IMG/VR virus record: IMGVR_UViG_3300029305_011675
DNA length: 64,000 bases
DNA from: a virus
Taxonomy: Duplodnaviria; Heunggongvirae; Uroviricota; Caudoviricetes
Direction: 5' to 3' (one strand)
The notes beneath the pieces were generated by a model. It ran no database searches. It worked only from the letters and a program-made list of their open reading frames with translations, and was not told the origin of the DNA. Numbering within the stretch: position 1 is the first letter of the stretch; every line of letters starts with the position of its first letter. The translations under genes and the position numbers were made by a program. Of the stretch, positions 49,781-59,142 are shown piece after piece.

Positions 49781-50332
49781 ATGGAAAAAATAACAAAAAT
49801 GGACAAATGCAGATTTTGTTTTCCAGATATCAAAAGAGTTGGTAATGAAACAAAACTGTTCTATAATTGTTCTAAAAAAGGCGAATTCAATGATGAAGGT
49901 TTTTGCGAAGGATGTGAAAGTTTTTCATCTCGATATATTGAATACCCAATTGAGGTTTCTGCAATCAATACGGAACACTTCAATGCAGACGGTCTTTATT
50001 CAAAACGTATTGGCGAAATCGTAAAAATCCGCCCATGTGGTAAAGAATATGAGGGGAAAACTTTTCTCGGAATTTTGCTTGGAGATTTAATTGTTTCTCC
50101 GCACATTTCACATGACAAGAAAACCAACGAATTAAACATCGGTGCGATGACAAATCCTGCAATTTTTGTTCCCGAATTAAAGAAAATCATTTATGGTTAC
50201 GAATCGTGGTGGGGAACAATCACAAATAAAGATGATTTGTCAGATTTGAATATTTCCGACGATGATATTGAAAACACTTGGTATGTACAATTACTAAAAT
50301 CAATGATTAACACAGAAGAAAAGCAGTCGTAA
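49781..50332 (+). CDS. Hypothetical protein
   Basis: ATG at 49781 after GGGAG; Cys-rich N-terminus. Confidence 0.75.
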   Translation: MEKITKMDKCRFCFPDIKRVGNETKLFYNCSKKGEFNDEGFCEGCESFSSRYIEYPIEVSAINTEHFNADGLYSKRIGEIVKIRPCGKEYEGKTFLGILLGDLIVSPHISHDKKTNELNIGAMTNPAIFVPELKKIIYGYESWWGTITNKDDLSDLNISDDDIENTWYVQLLKSMINTEEKQS

Positions 50333-50420
50333 GACTGCTTTTCCTAAAGTTTATTTGACATTGTTGCGAAATTATATTACATTTTTGATATAATTTTTAT
50401 GCAAAGGAGTGTCGTAAACT

Positions 50421-50597
50421 ATGTTAATGAAAATTAATAAAGACGACTGTGCCGCTTGTGGAATCTGCAAAGAAGCATGTCCTAATGCAGCAATTGATTT
50501 TGTAGATGGAGAATACACCATTAACCCAGAAATATGTATTGGTTGTGGCATTTGTGCAGAATTCTGCCCTGCGGATGCTGTTTTTGAGGTAGAATAA
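50421..50597 (+). CDS. 2[4Fe-4S] ferredoxin (58 aa, not in ORF track)
   Basis: CAACGICKEACP and CIGCGICAEFCP; AGGAG RBS. Confidence 0.9.
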   Translation: MLMKINKDDCAACGICKEACPNAAIDFVDGEYTINPEICIGCGICAEFCPADAVFEVE

Positions 50598-50598
50598 A

Positions 50599-51684
50599 AT
50601 GTTGAAAAATCATCTTAATTCAATAATTAAAGGTGATACAATAGAAACATTAAAGCAATTCCCAGACAATTCAATTGATGTTATATTCGCTGACCCACCA
50701 TATTTCATGCAAACATCGGGAAAAACTTTACAAAGAGCAGATGGTACAGGCGAATTTAAGGGGTGCAATGATGACTGGGATAAATATGAAGATTATCGTG
50801 AATACGATAATTTTTCAACCAATTGGTTAAGAGAATGCAAAAGAATCTTAAAACCGAACGGAACAATTTGGGTCATCGGTTCTTTTCAAAATATTTATCG
50901 AATTGGTTACATAATGCAAAATCTTGGATTTTGGATTTTAAATGACATCGTGTGGTCAAAAACAAACCCAACTCCCAATATGGCAGGAACAAGGTTTTGC
51001 AATGCACACGAAACATTGCTTTGGTGTGCAAAATCTGAAAACAGTAAGTTCACTTTTAATTATAAAACAATGAAACATCTTAATGGTGGCAAGCAAGACA
51101 AAAGTATTTGGACTCTTGGTATTTGCCAAGGTTATGAACGCTTAAAAGACGAAACAGGAACAAAACTTCACACGACACAAAAACCAGAAAGTCTTTTAGA
51201 AAAGGTTATTTTGTCTTCTACAAAACCCAATGATATTATCTTGGACCCGTTTTTTGGAACGGGCACAACAGGTGCCATTGCTAAAAAATACGGAAGGAAC
51301 TTTATTGGCATCGAAAGAGAAGATAAATACATACAGGGAGCAAACGAACGCATTAAAAACCAAAAAATTTGTTCCAACGAAATTTCAAATTTGTCCTTGG
51401 AAACAAAACCACCAAAAGTATCACTAATACAACTCATTGATGCTGGTTATATTTCTGAACACGAAATGTTATACGATAAAAACGGCAAAGAAATTGCTTT
51501 AATAGCAAAAAACAACAAAGTATTATACCAAAACGAAGAATATTCCATACACAAATTGTCAGCAAAATTATTAAACAAAAGCAATAATAACGGTTGGTCA
51601 TACTTTTTTATTAAAAGGAATGATGAACTTATTTGCATCGACGATTTAAGATATAAATTTCAAAATAAGGAGTGTATTTTATGA
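50599..51684 (+). CDS. Beta-class N6-adenine DNA methyltransferase, CcrM/M.HinfI-like
   Basis: FADPPY, WILNDIVWSKTNP, HTTQKP, LDPFFGTGTT, C-terminal SIHK..NGWSYF domain. Confidence 0.92.
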   Translation: MLKNHLNSIIKGDTIETLKQFPDNSIDVIFADPPYFMQTSGKTLQRADGTGEFKGCNDDWDKYEDYREYDNFSTNWLRECKRILKPNGTIWVIGSFQNIYRIGYIMQNLGFWILNDIVWSKTNPTPNMAGTRFCNAHETLLWCAKSENSKFTFNYKTMKHLNGGKQDKSIWTLGICQGYERLKDETGTKLHTTQKPESLLEKVILSSTKPNDIILDPFFGTGTTGAIAKKYGRNFIGIEREDKYIQGANERIKNQKICSNEISNLSLETKPPKVSLIQLIDAGYISEHEMLYDKNGKEIALIAKNNKVLYQNEEYSIHKLSAKLLNKSNNNGWSYFFIKRNDELICIDDLRYKFQNKECIL

Positions 51685-51872
51685 AACAGAGATTTTTAGG
51701 TTTGTATGATTTGGCATTTGATGAAAACGGGAACATCAAAGCATGCGGAAGAGAGGTTTGTAAAGAGCTAATTGTTCTCGCAAACCAAATCGAAAAAAAT
51801 GTAAAGCACGGAGACGAAACAACTGGTATGATGGATGTTGATACTATCAAGTCTCTGCGAGCAACTCTATAA
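51681..51872 (+). CDS. Small hypothetical protein
   Basis: AGGAG RBS, ATGA overlap. Confidence 0.55.
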   Translation: MKQRFLGLYDLAFDENGNIKACGREVCKELIVLANQIEKNVKHGDETTGMMDVDTIKSLRATL

Positions 51873-51893
51873 CAAAAAAGGAGAAAAAACCTT

Positions 51894-52640
51894 ATGAAGA
51901 AAATTATTGCACTTTTATTGGCATTACTCTGTATCGTTTCAGTAATGTCTGGATGCTCTGCACTTGAAGATTTTGCAGAGGGTTTCAAAGACGGTGTTAA
52001 AGAAGAAATTTCCACCCCTGTAGATGATGATACAGAAAACAAAAACGACAATGAAACATCTACTCCTGCCGTAGATGATAAAGAAGAAGAAAAAGAAGAA
52101 AAAGAATTTGCCTTTGGCGTCACAAATGGAAAACAATATAAAAGCGACTTTATTGGCATTTCTTGTACAATCCCAGAAGATTGGGACTTTTTTGATGAAG
52201 CATCAATCAAAGAACTCAATAACATTGCACTCGATGCAATGGATGATGATATCGCAGAAAAACTTAAAAATGCAAATGTAATTTATGATATGTATGCATC
52301 CAATGCAAGCACTGCTGATAATGTAAATATCAATTTGGAGAAAATTCCATCTTATATGGTTTCTAACCTTAATGTTGAAGAAGTTTTAAAGAAGCAATTC
52401 ACCACAATTGAACAATCTTTGGAAAGCGCAGGCGCTTCTGTCGATGAAATCAAATACATGGAAATCGAAGTTGATGGACAGAAATTCGATGGAGTTTCTA
52501 TCGCTTCAACAGTAAGTGGAACAAAATTGTATCAAAAAATGATTGCCTTCAACAGAGGTAATTACCTTGTGTATATTACAGCAACTTCTTTTGATGCAAA
52601 CGGTGCTGATGAAATTTTGTCCTTCTTTAATTTTGACTAA
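51894..52640 (+). CDS. Lipoprotein
   Basis: Lipobox MSGC, acidic linker. Confidence 0.8.
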   Translation: MKKIIALLLALLCIVSVMSGCSALEDFAEGFKDGVKEEISTPVDDDTENKNDNETSTPAVDDKEEEKEEKEFAFGVTNGKQYKSDFIGISCTIPEDWDFFDEASIKELNNIALDAMDDDIAEKLKNANVIYDMYASNASTADNVNINLEKIPSYMVSNLNVEEVLKKQFTTIEQSLESAGASVDEIKYMEIEVDGQKFDGVSIASTVSGTKLYQKMIAFNRGNYLVYITATSFDANGADEILSFFNFD

Positions 52641-52762
52641 TAGCGAAATCCTTGTTGTTAATTCAACAAGGATTTTTTGCATTTTTATAAAAAAGTAGTT
52701 GACAAATGCTTTGAGTTGTGATATAATAAGTTTACACTAAAGAAAGGAGCGAAGGAATATCT

Positions 52763-53122
52763 ATGAGATATACAATTGGTGCAAGAGTTGTAGAAAATGA
52801 CGGTAAAATTAGTGACGGTATTTTCGCTTATGGCGAGTACGGTCTGGCATGTATTTTAGTGTCTGACGACCTTGGCGATAGAAAATATCGTATTCCTGTT
52901 TTTACCGACCTCGAAGAGGCAAAAGATTTCGCACGGCATATGTGTATCATCCACAGAGATGAATTTCATAAGCGAGCACAAAGACGCAATCTCGATATTT
53001 CCCAGTTCCGTTTCTTTGTGGTAAAAGTAGATTCAAGTAAGTTTAAGAGAAAACTTGGAGAACCAGATGGTATCACTCGTGAATCCAAGTACAAGTCTCG
53101 CAAATATTACTATGTAACTTAA
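52763..53122 (+). CDS. Hypothetical protein
   Basis: TTGACA..TATAAT promoter, RBS. Confidence 0.7.
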   Translation: MRYTIGARVVENDGKISDGIFAYGEYGLACILVSDDLGDRKYRIPVFTDLEEAKDFARHMCIIHRDEFHKRAQRRNLDISQFRFFVVKVDSSKFKRKLGEPDGITRESKYKSRKYYYVT

Positions 53123-53132
53123 TTTGTTATAT

Positions 53133-53426
53133 GGGCGGCACCATGGGAAAGGTGCGACTCCCTCGACGGGAAAGTTTGCTTCGGCAAAATGGCGCTCGGT
53201 GTCTTTCTAGACGACACTGCCGTTATATGTCGCTTGGAGAAGGGGTTTGAGAGTGGGTTATGTAGGGATAACTAATGCTCTTGAATGAGATATCCTCTGT
53301 CGGTTAGGATTTGATGGATGAGTCCCATTTCTTAAATTCTCTACCCTATATAGAGAGCAGTATGGGATAGTTCGGAGATGATAAATCGGAATGTCTGTTG
53401 TGGTTCGAATCCGCTTCCGCCTACCA
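53133..53426 (+). ncRNA. 294-nt structured RNA with tRNA-like termini (tmRNA-like or novel)
   Basis: GGGCGG/CCGCCT-A-CCA acceptor, CACC/GGTG arm, GTGG-TTCGAAT-CCGC T arm, many internal helices, terminator right after CCA. Confidence 0.7.
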
Positions 53427-53652
53427 ATAAAAAAAGCACTTGTGTTTTTCACAAGTGCTTTTATTTTTATTTTATTTGTCGCAGCAGGAACAACGAATTT
53501 CAAGGAATGGAGCAAGTTCTTCCATCACAAGTTTTGCTTTGCTGTCGAAGTCATCATTACCACTCAAATCAGTCCAAGTCTCCCACCAGAAATCTACCCT
53601 CATTGTCATGACACATTCTGTACAACCATAATCGACATATACAGAATACTCA

Positions 53653-55201
53653 GTGAACCTCACACGACTAAAGTCGCGTGCTTCTCTGCTTGTTATTTAC
53701 AGAGACTCTCTATCTACAGATACGACACAAAATTCAGGAGAAAAGAACCGAAGTTCTTAAACCCGCATTAAGGTTAATTAGTGTAGACAAAGTGCATTGG
53801 GTTCTTTTCGCAATAGAAGGAACTTGTGCCTCCAGTTGCGACCTTACCGTTGCCGATAAGGGTTTAAGTATTTCTCTTATAAAATATCGTGCTCCGATAT
53901 TATAAGATGCATTTAAATCACTGTGGTATTGTTTACCATTGCCGAGAGTGCAGATACTATAATTCTCTTTCTCTCGTTTTACTTCACCACTGCCATCGAA
54001 TGACAGTTTGCTTGTATTCCAAGCACAGATATGCGAAATGCGAATACCCATTCGATGTGCTTTGTTGGTAACAATACCCTGAATATAGTTTTTTCTCCAC
54101 ATTGTAAGTTTTTGTTTCTTACTGCCTTTAACCTTACCATTGGTATCAAGGTGTTCAAAAACGATACAGTGTACAGCATTTTGAACAGCATAATCTACAA
54201 TTGCTTGTGCAATTTTTATAGAATGCTGTTCATTACAGTTCTTGGCATAACTCCACAGTTTAGAAACAGATTGATGTTTCTTCTGTTTCTTTTTAATCTT
54301 ATTCAGTGTATGATACAGACGGTCTTTATCACTCTTGAAGTTAATAAACTTCCTATTGAGGACAGTTCCGTCTGCAGTCATTACCGAACAAACTGCATCG
54401 TTATTGACGCCAAGGTCAACTGCTAATACTTTTTGGTTTTCTGCTTTTACTTCATTCAGTTTGACCTTTTCGGTAAAAGCAAATCTCAAATAGTATTTGT
54501 TATATCTTCTCTCCAAAATTGGAGCAGACATCTCTTTATTTTGACAATGCTTCTGAATATACTTAATATCCGTAGCACGAAGATGTACAGGATACCACAC
54601 CCAGTCGTTGTTAATAAATAACTTCAATCTTACGATATTCGGATTATCTGTCTCTTCGTAAGTATTGTCTCTATAAAAAATTGGGCAATTATAATGTTTG
54701 GTCTGCAATCTTGGTGGTTTTCCAACCTTGCCATTGTTTTCCCAATTTTTATAGTTACTTCTATAAGAAGATACAATGCCGATTGCATCAGCAATCACTC
54801 CTCTTCGAAAGTAACAAGGCATTTTGTAAAACAATTGGTCGAACTCTGGATATTTTGCTACATTGTCTTTTGTTGTATGAATAAGATGTTCAACCAAATT
54901 ATTTTTGCGATTGCCTTTTAGTGCAGAAATACTATCCCACTCATTATTTATAATGGAAATTAAGAAAGTAAGTGCTACTCTGTATTTATTTACAGTTGGT
55001 TTTAACATTTTGTTAATACCAACAATTTGAACTTTATAACTCGTGGTTATATTCATTCTTTGATAAGCACTTCCTTTCTATGAGGTGATGCATATATTAT
55101 ATCATATTTTACTATAAATTGCAACCCTTTTTGTTTAAGAATAATAAGAAACATCGCCTTATTCACGACTAAAGTCACGAGAATGGGCGATGTTATTTTT
55201 A
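53653..55201 (-). mobile_element. IS200/IS605-family (IS1341-type, tnpB-only) element
   Basis: Related subterminal hairpins CACGACTAAAGTC(G/A)CG at 53663 and 55164; right end ...GGTTCAC; TTGAC next to left end; no tnpA. Confidence 0.8.
53734..55056 (-). CDS. tnpB: TnpB RNA-guided endonuclease
   Basis: RuvC motifs AVDLGVN, IVFEHL, NTSK, SDLNASYNIGAR. Confidence 0.92.
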   Translation of the reverse strand: MNITTSYKVQIVGINKMLKPTVNKYRVALTFLISIINNEWDSISALKGNRKNNLVEHLIHTTKDNVAKYPEFDQLFYKMPCYFRRGVIADAIGIVSSYRSNYKNWENNGKVGKPPRLQTKHYNCPIFYRDNTYEETDNPNIVRLKLFINNDWVWYPVHLRATDIKYIQKHCQNKEMSAPILERRYNKYYLRFAFTEKVKLNEVKAENQKVLAVDLGVNNDAVCSVMTADGTVLNRKFINFKSDKDRLYHTLNKIKKKQKKHQSVSKLWSYAKNCNEQHSIKIAQAIVDYAVQNAVHCIVFEHLDTNGKVKGSKKQKLTMWRKNYIQGIVTNKAHRMGIRISHICAWNTSKLSFDGSGEVKREKENYSICTLGNGKQYHSDLNASYNIGARYFIREILKPLSATVRSQLEAQVPSIAKRTQCTLSTLINLNAGLRTSVLFS

Positions 55202-55260
55202 GTCAAAACAAAAACCAATAATAAATCAATAATTCTTTTCATAGCATAATAACATTTTTA

Positions 55261-55983
55261 TCAACCAAAATAATTCCATACACGAACATAAAATGCCTCA
55301 AAATTATTATTTCCTCGCCAAATAACATCTCCAAGATAACGATAAACTTCTGGTGCTTCAGTTTTTAGTTTATCGTTATATAAGAAATAATCTTTGTAGC
55401 AACAAGCAAAAAATTCGCTTGAACTACTTAAATGATAATGCTCGTCAGAAAAAGTATCTTCTGGATTGTATCCTTGATTGCTGTTAAAAATCTTCTTAAA
55501 AGATGAAGATTTGGACAATATGCCTTTTTCCCAGTCTTCATAGTGCCCAAATTCATGAACAAAATCAGATAGCAAGTATTCAGGTTGGTTGTTGTTTAAG
55601 AATAAATAAATAATTCTTAAATTATGTTCTGTGTTACCGCCAACTTTATAATCAACAACCTTTTCAATTTCTTGAATATATGGCGGTTTTTCAGAACTAA
55701 TAATGATTTTCCATCCCTCATCATTAAAACGTTTTGCAGTTTCGTCAGGAAGTAAATCAAAAAAATCATGCACCATAGGAACTAATGCGAGAAAATTTTC
55801 ATTTCCAAGGTCTTTTTCAGATGTATAAATTAAATCATCATACTTATGAAAATAAGTAAGTGTATTTTTCTGGTCTTCTTTTTCATATCTATCAAAATTA
55901 AAACCAAGAACATGATAACTTATACCAAAAATAACAATAACACCGATAAGTAAAATTATTAAAAGTTTTTTCAATTCTGTCAC
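55261..55983 (-). CDS. Membrane-anchored zinc metallopeptidase (ATLF-like)
   Basis: N-terminal TM, HEFGH, SEFFA, LKTEAPEVY. Confidence 0.75.
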   Translation of the reverse strand: MTELKKLLIILLIGVIVIFGISYHVLGFNFDRYEKEDQKNTLTYFHKYDDLIYTSEKDLGNENFLALVPMVHDFFDLLPDETAKRFNDEGWKIIISSEKPPYIQEIEKVVDYKVGGNTEHNLRIIYLFLNNNQPEYLLSDFVHEFGHYEDWEKGILSKSSSFKKIFNSNQGYNPEDTFSDEHYHLSSSSEFFACCYKDYFLYNDKLKTEAPEVYRYLGDVIWRGNNNFEAFYVRVWNYFG

Positions 55984-56120
55984 CTCTCCGTTTGTTTTAT
56001 GAAAGTATATATTATTTTTTAAGAATTTGCAAGGGTTTTAGAAATTATATTTTGCGGTTGACATTGATGATATTTTATGATATAATGTTGATGCCGAAAA
56101 TTAAAAACGAGGTTTGAATT

Positions 56121-56762
56121 ATGCAACTTTCAGATATCAGAAAATTAAATTTATCCTTTGAAGATAAAAAGATTTGCGATGCAGAATTGCGAATCTCAAC
56201 ACAAAACACCGTCAGTATAACTTATCCAAGCGGAAAAGCATGTACTAACCCAAGTAGTATTAAAATTTCCTTAATTGGATTTTTTTCAGATTCAGAAGAA
56301 GATGATACCGAACAAGAAATTGGTTATATAAACATCATTCGTATTCCAAGTGAATATAAAGACTTTATTTATCGCTCTTGCTCAAGCAATGCAAAGAAAT
56401 TACCATATTCAAAACAACTTGGTAAGCACTATGACGATGTTCTTGAAGCAACCAATCAAATTTATCTCTTAAAAGATGAAAATATTGTTCGAAATCTCTT
56501 CAACAACGATTTGTACTATGTTTCCGAAATTGTTGTTTATCCTGCTTATAGAAATAAATGCATTGGTGAATTTCTCTTGTCGGAATTACCTTCAATTATC
56601 AAAAGTATATTCAACGAAACTCCCATAATCACACTTAAAGCATTTCCGATTGAGCATAGAGACAGTACCAATATGCAAAAGATAATGATGCCCAAACTGT
56701 GTAATTTTTACAAAAAATGTGGTTTTGTAGAACTCAAAAACAAAATTTTTTATAAATATTAA
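56121..56762 (+). CDS. GNAT-family acetyltransferase-like
   Basis: IVVYPAYRNKCIG motif A, NFYKKCGF. Confidence 0.75.
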   Translation: MQLSDIRKLNLSFEDKKICDAELRISTQNTVSITYPSGKACTNPSSIKISLIGFFSDSEEDDTEQEIGYINIIRIPSEYKDFIYRSCSSNAKKLPYSKQLGKHYDDVLEATNQIYLLKDENIVRNLFNNDLYYVSEIVVYPAYRNKCIGEFLLSELPSIIKSIFNETPIITLKAFPIEHRDSTNMQKIMMPKLCNFYKKCGFVELKNKIFYKY

Positions 56763-56803
56763 ACAAAAAGGTCTATCCGATTTTTGGATAGACCTTATAT
56801 TTT

Positions 56804-57715
56804 TTACTTTTTATACTTATTTTCTGAAACAAATTTCTGAATGAATTTTGCTATAATGAGTTGAAATTGCATATCTCCGTCTTGACTACCATATCCGCAA
56901 TCACACAAATAACCCCTGCGCATATAATTCATACTAGCAGTAAACATAGTTTGCGAAATAGCATCTTCTAAAATTTCATCATAAAAACAAGATTTTTCCA
57001 ATAACACATCTGCAAAATAACCCAAGTGTTCAGTTTGTAATGCAAGAATGCCGTCACAAAGAATTTCGCTAATAATTCTTTCACAGAGACAATCTTTCAA
57101 TTGCGACAATAGTGTTTCTATTTTTTCTCTATCATCTTTCACACTATTTGCTATCAATCCGCTTTCGGATACTGCATTTTGGTACTTTTGAAGAATTTCA
57201 CTATATTTTTCTTTCAATTCATCGTGGAAACATTGTGCATTTTTACCAAATTTTCTATTACTTATTTCATAGATGATATCATAATACAAATCATAATGTA
57301 TCATCATAAAAGTAATCTGTGCATAACCGCACGGATGCATAATGTCGTCTTCAACCGCAACAAAAGTGCTTTCCGTTTTACAAATGACCTCATTAAGAAG
57401 GTCTTCAAAATTTTCAGGTTTCTGTATTTCCTTAAATCGCTCACTTTCATCGCAATCAACATTATTGTTTCTCTTGTAGTATGTTTGCGAAGTCAAAAAA
57501 CACTTATTTGCCTCCGATGTTTCAGGTTCAATAATTCCGCCATACTCATTATATTCGCCAAAAACAGGAAAAGCAAAAGGTGCAAAGTTATCAGTTGGAT
57601 AACAACAGTTAAAAGATGCTTCGTCATCTACACTGATAAGCGGGATAACGACAATTTTATTGCCTTCGAAAATAGGCAAGTTAGATAAATTGCAAGTCGC
57701 ATTAAAATGTCCCAT
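56804..57715 (-). CDS. Hypothetical protein, paralog of 23474-24439
   Basis: Full-length similarity by eye. Confidence 0.8.
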   Translation of the reverse strand: MGHFNATCNLSNLPIFEGNKIVVIPLISVDDEASFNCCYPTDNFAPFAFPVFGEYNEYGGIIEPETSEANKCFLTSQTYYKRNNNVDCDESERFKEIQKPENFEDLLNEVICKTESTFVAVEDDIMHPCGYAQITFMMIHYDLYYDIIYEISNRKFGKNAQCFHDELKEKYSEILQKYQNAVSESGLIANSVKDDREKIETLLSQLKDCLCERIISEILCDGILALQTEHLGYFADVLLEKSCFYDEILEDAISQTMFTASMNYMRRGYLCDCGYGSQDGDMQFQLIIAKFIQKFVSENKYKK

Positions 57716-57811
57716 ATGCTCAAAATCCTTTCTCTTTAGATAGCATTATTATATCATAAAACACCATCATTGTCAACACAAAAAAGAACCCGCCGAAGCG
57801 GGTTCTGTAAA

Positions 57812-58624
57812 TCACTTATCGAATTCATAAAGGTCATAGATATCGATTACACCAAGCCACATACCAAGTAAATGGTCTTCGCCATAACCTTTATTTAGAA
57901 TGTACCTTAAATATTCCTTTGGACTTTCGGTTTGGAGTGCTCCGCAATAATAATCGCCACTAATCAAAGCAACATAATCTTTAACCGAATCTTCCATAGA
58001 ATCGTATGCACGGAACAAATCACTTGCTCCATATTTCATTGCAGTTGCATAGTCTTTATACACCTTGCAAGTTGACCTTGCAAAAACATATCCATCCCAT
58101 TGGGGAGTAGCGCGAATACCAAAACAATTATTTGTAGTTCTATATACACCTTTTTTGCCAGAACCGCCTTCTGTATAAGACATTGCGGATGCAGCACTTA
58201 AATACATTCCATCTGGTGCATATTTTTCAAGGTAAAATTTAATATCATTTAGATATTTCATTCCATCTTCAGGATTAAAGTTTTCTGAATATTCATTATA
58301 AAGTTTAACATCAACTGTAATAATGTCTGGAAGTTCAACTGGTTTTTCTGGTTCTGTTGGTATCGTTTCCTCTGGAACACTTTCTATTTCCGAATCATCT
58401 GTTTCAAGACTAACTTCTTCTGACAGTTTAATGCTTTCATTCTTTTCAAAACTTACATCTAAAATCACATCTTCCGTTGCTTGTTCTGTCGAAATGTTCT
58501 CACCAATATCAGAAGCACTCTCTGCACTCGTATCAACACTGACACCCGCCTGTGTTAAAAATATCATCAAAAGTGTAAATGCACTCGCTATAATCACAGC
58601 ATAAAATCGTTTTATAATAAACAC
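57812..58624 (-). CDS. Secreted glucosaminidase (GH73-like) peptidoglycan hydrolase
   Basis: Signal/TM, TEGG, NNCFGIRA, FRAYDSMEDSVKDY, GY. Confidence 0.8.
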   Translation of the reverse strand: MFIIKRFYAVIIASAFTLLMIFLTQAGVSVDTSAESASDIGENISTEQATEDVILDVSFEKNESIKLSEEVSLETDDSEIESVPEETIPTEPEKPVELPDIITVDVKLYNEYSENFNPEDGMKYLNDIKFYLEKYAPDGMYLSAASAMSYTEGGSGKKGVYRTTNNCFGIRATPQWDGYVFARSTCKVYKDYATAMKYGASDLFRAYDSMEDSVKDYVALISGDYYCGALQTESPKEYLRYILNKGYGEDHLLGMWLGVIDIYDLYEFDK

Positions 58625-58818
58625 AACCTTTCTTTATCTTATATACTTTCGACATCATTTTTGTCTTTTTGTTGTACTCATTGTACAATTTATTATACCA
58701 CAAAACCAATGTATTGTCAACATGTTTTGCTATTTTCACTTTTGTTTGACTTTTTATGAAAATGGTTATATAATTCATTTTAGTCTTTCAAACACAAAAT
58801 TTATAGGAGGGACTTCTA

Positions 58819-59103
58819 ATGTCTAAAACAAAGTTCACCTTCGATAATGGGTGTATTCTTGTTGTAGGGGATTTCAATTTAGCGAGTATTTTCCCAGAAG
58901 GCATTCCAAGTCTCAAACAGGTGTCACAACTTGCCATTTCGCAAATTGAAAATGGAAAAATCGAGAACTCAATTGCTTTCGGAGAAGTGACACGAGGTTC
59001 GCAGAAAGAAGTCTATTTCGAAAATGACGCGACGATAGTGCTCCCTTCCAACATTTGTGTTAATGACTACAAAGAAGCACTCACTATCTTAATTAAAGAC
59101 TAA
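58819..59103 (+). CDS. Hypothetical protein
   Basis: GGAGG RBS and promoter. Confidence 0.65.
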   Translation: MSKTKFTFDNGCILVVGDFNLASIFPEGIPSLKQVSQLAISQIENGKIENSIAFGEVTRGSQKEVYFENDATIVLPSNICVNDYKEALTILIKD

Positions 59104-59142
59104 AAAAATCCCTGTCAAAAATAATTTGACAGGGATTGTTTT

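Larger units (their letters stand above)
53472..55242 (-). pseudogene. Small gene interrupted by IS (5' part 55242-55202, 3' part 53652-53472)
   Basis: Removing 53653-55201 gives in-frame MKRIIDLLLVFVLTEYSVYVDYGCTEC...SCCDK. Confidence 0.5.

Noticed and set aside
53133-53426. RNase P RNA or group I intron call
   Set aside because: GGGAAAGTT only loosely resembles the RNase P GGAAAGUC motif with no P4 partner, and no convincing P3/P7 set was found.
53472-53663. Independent 63-aa gene
   Set aside because: Its start lies inside the IS right end; better explained as the 3' part of an interrupted gene.
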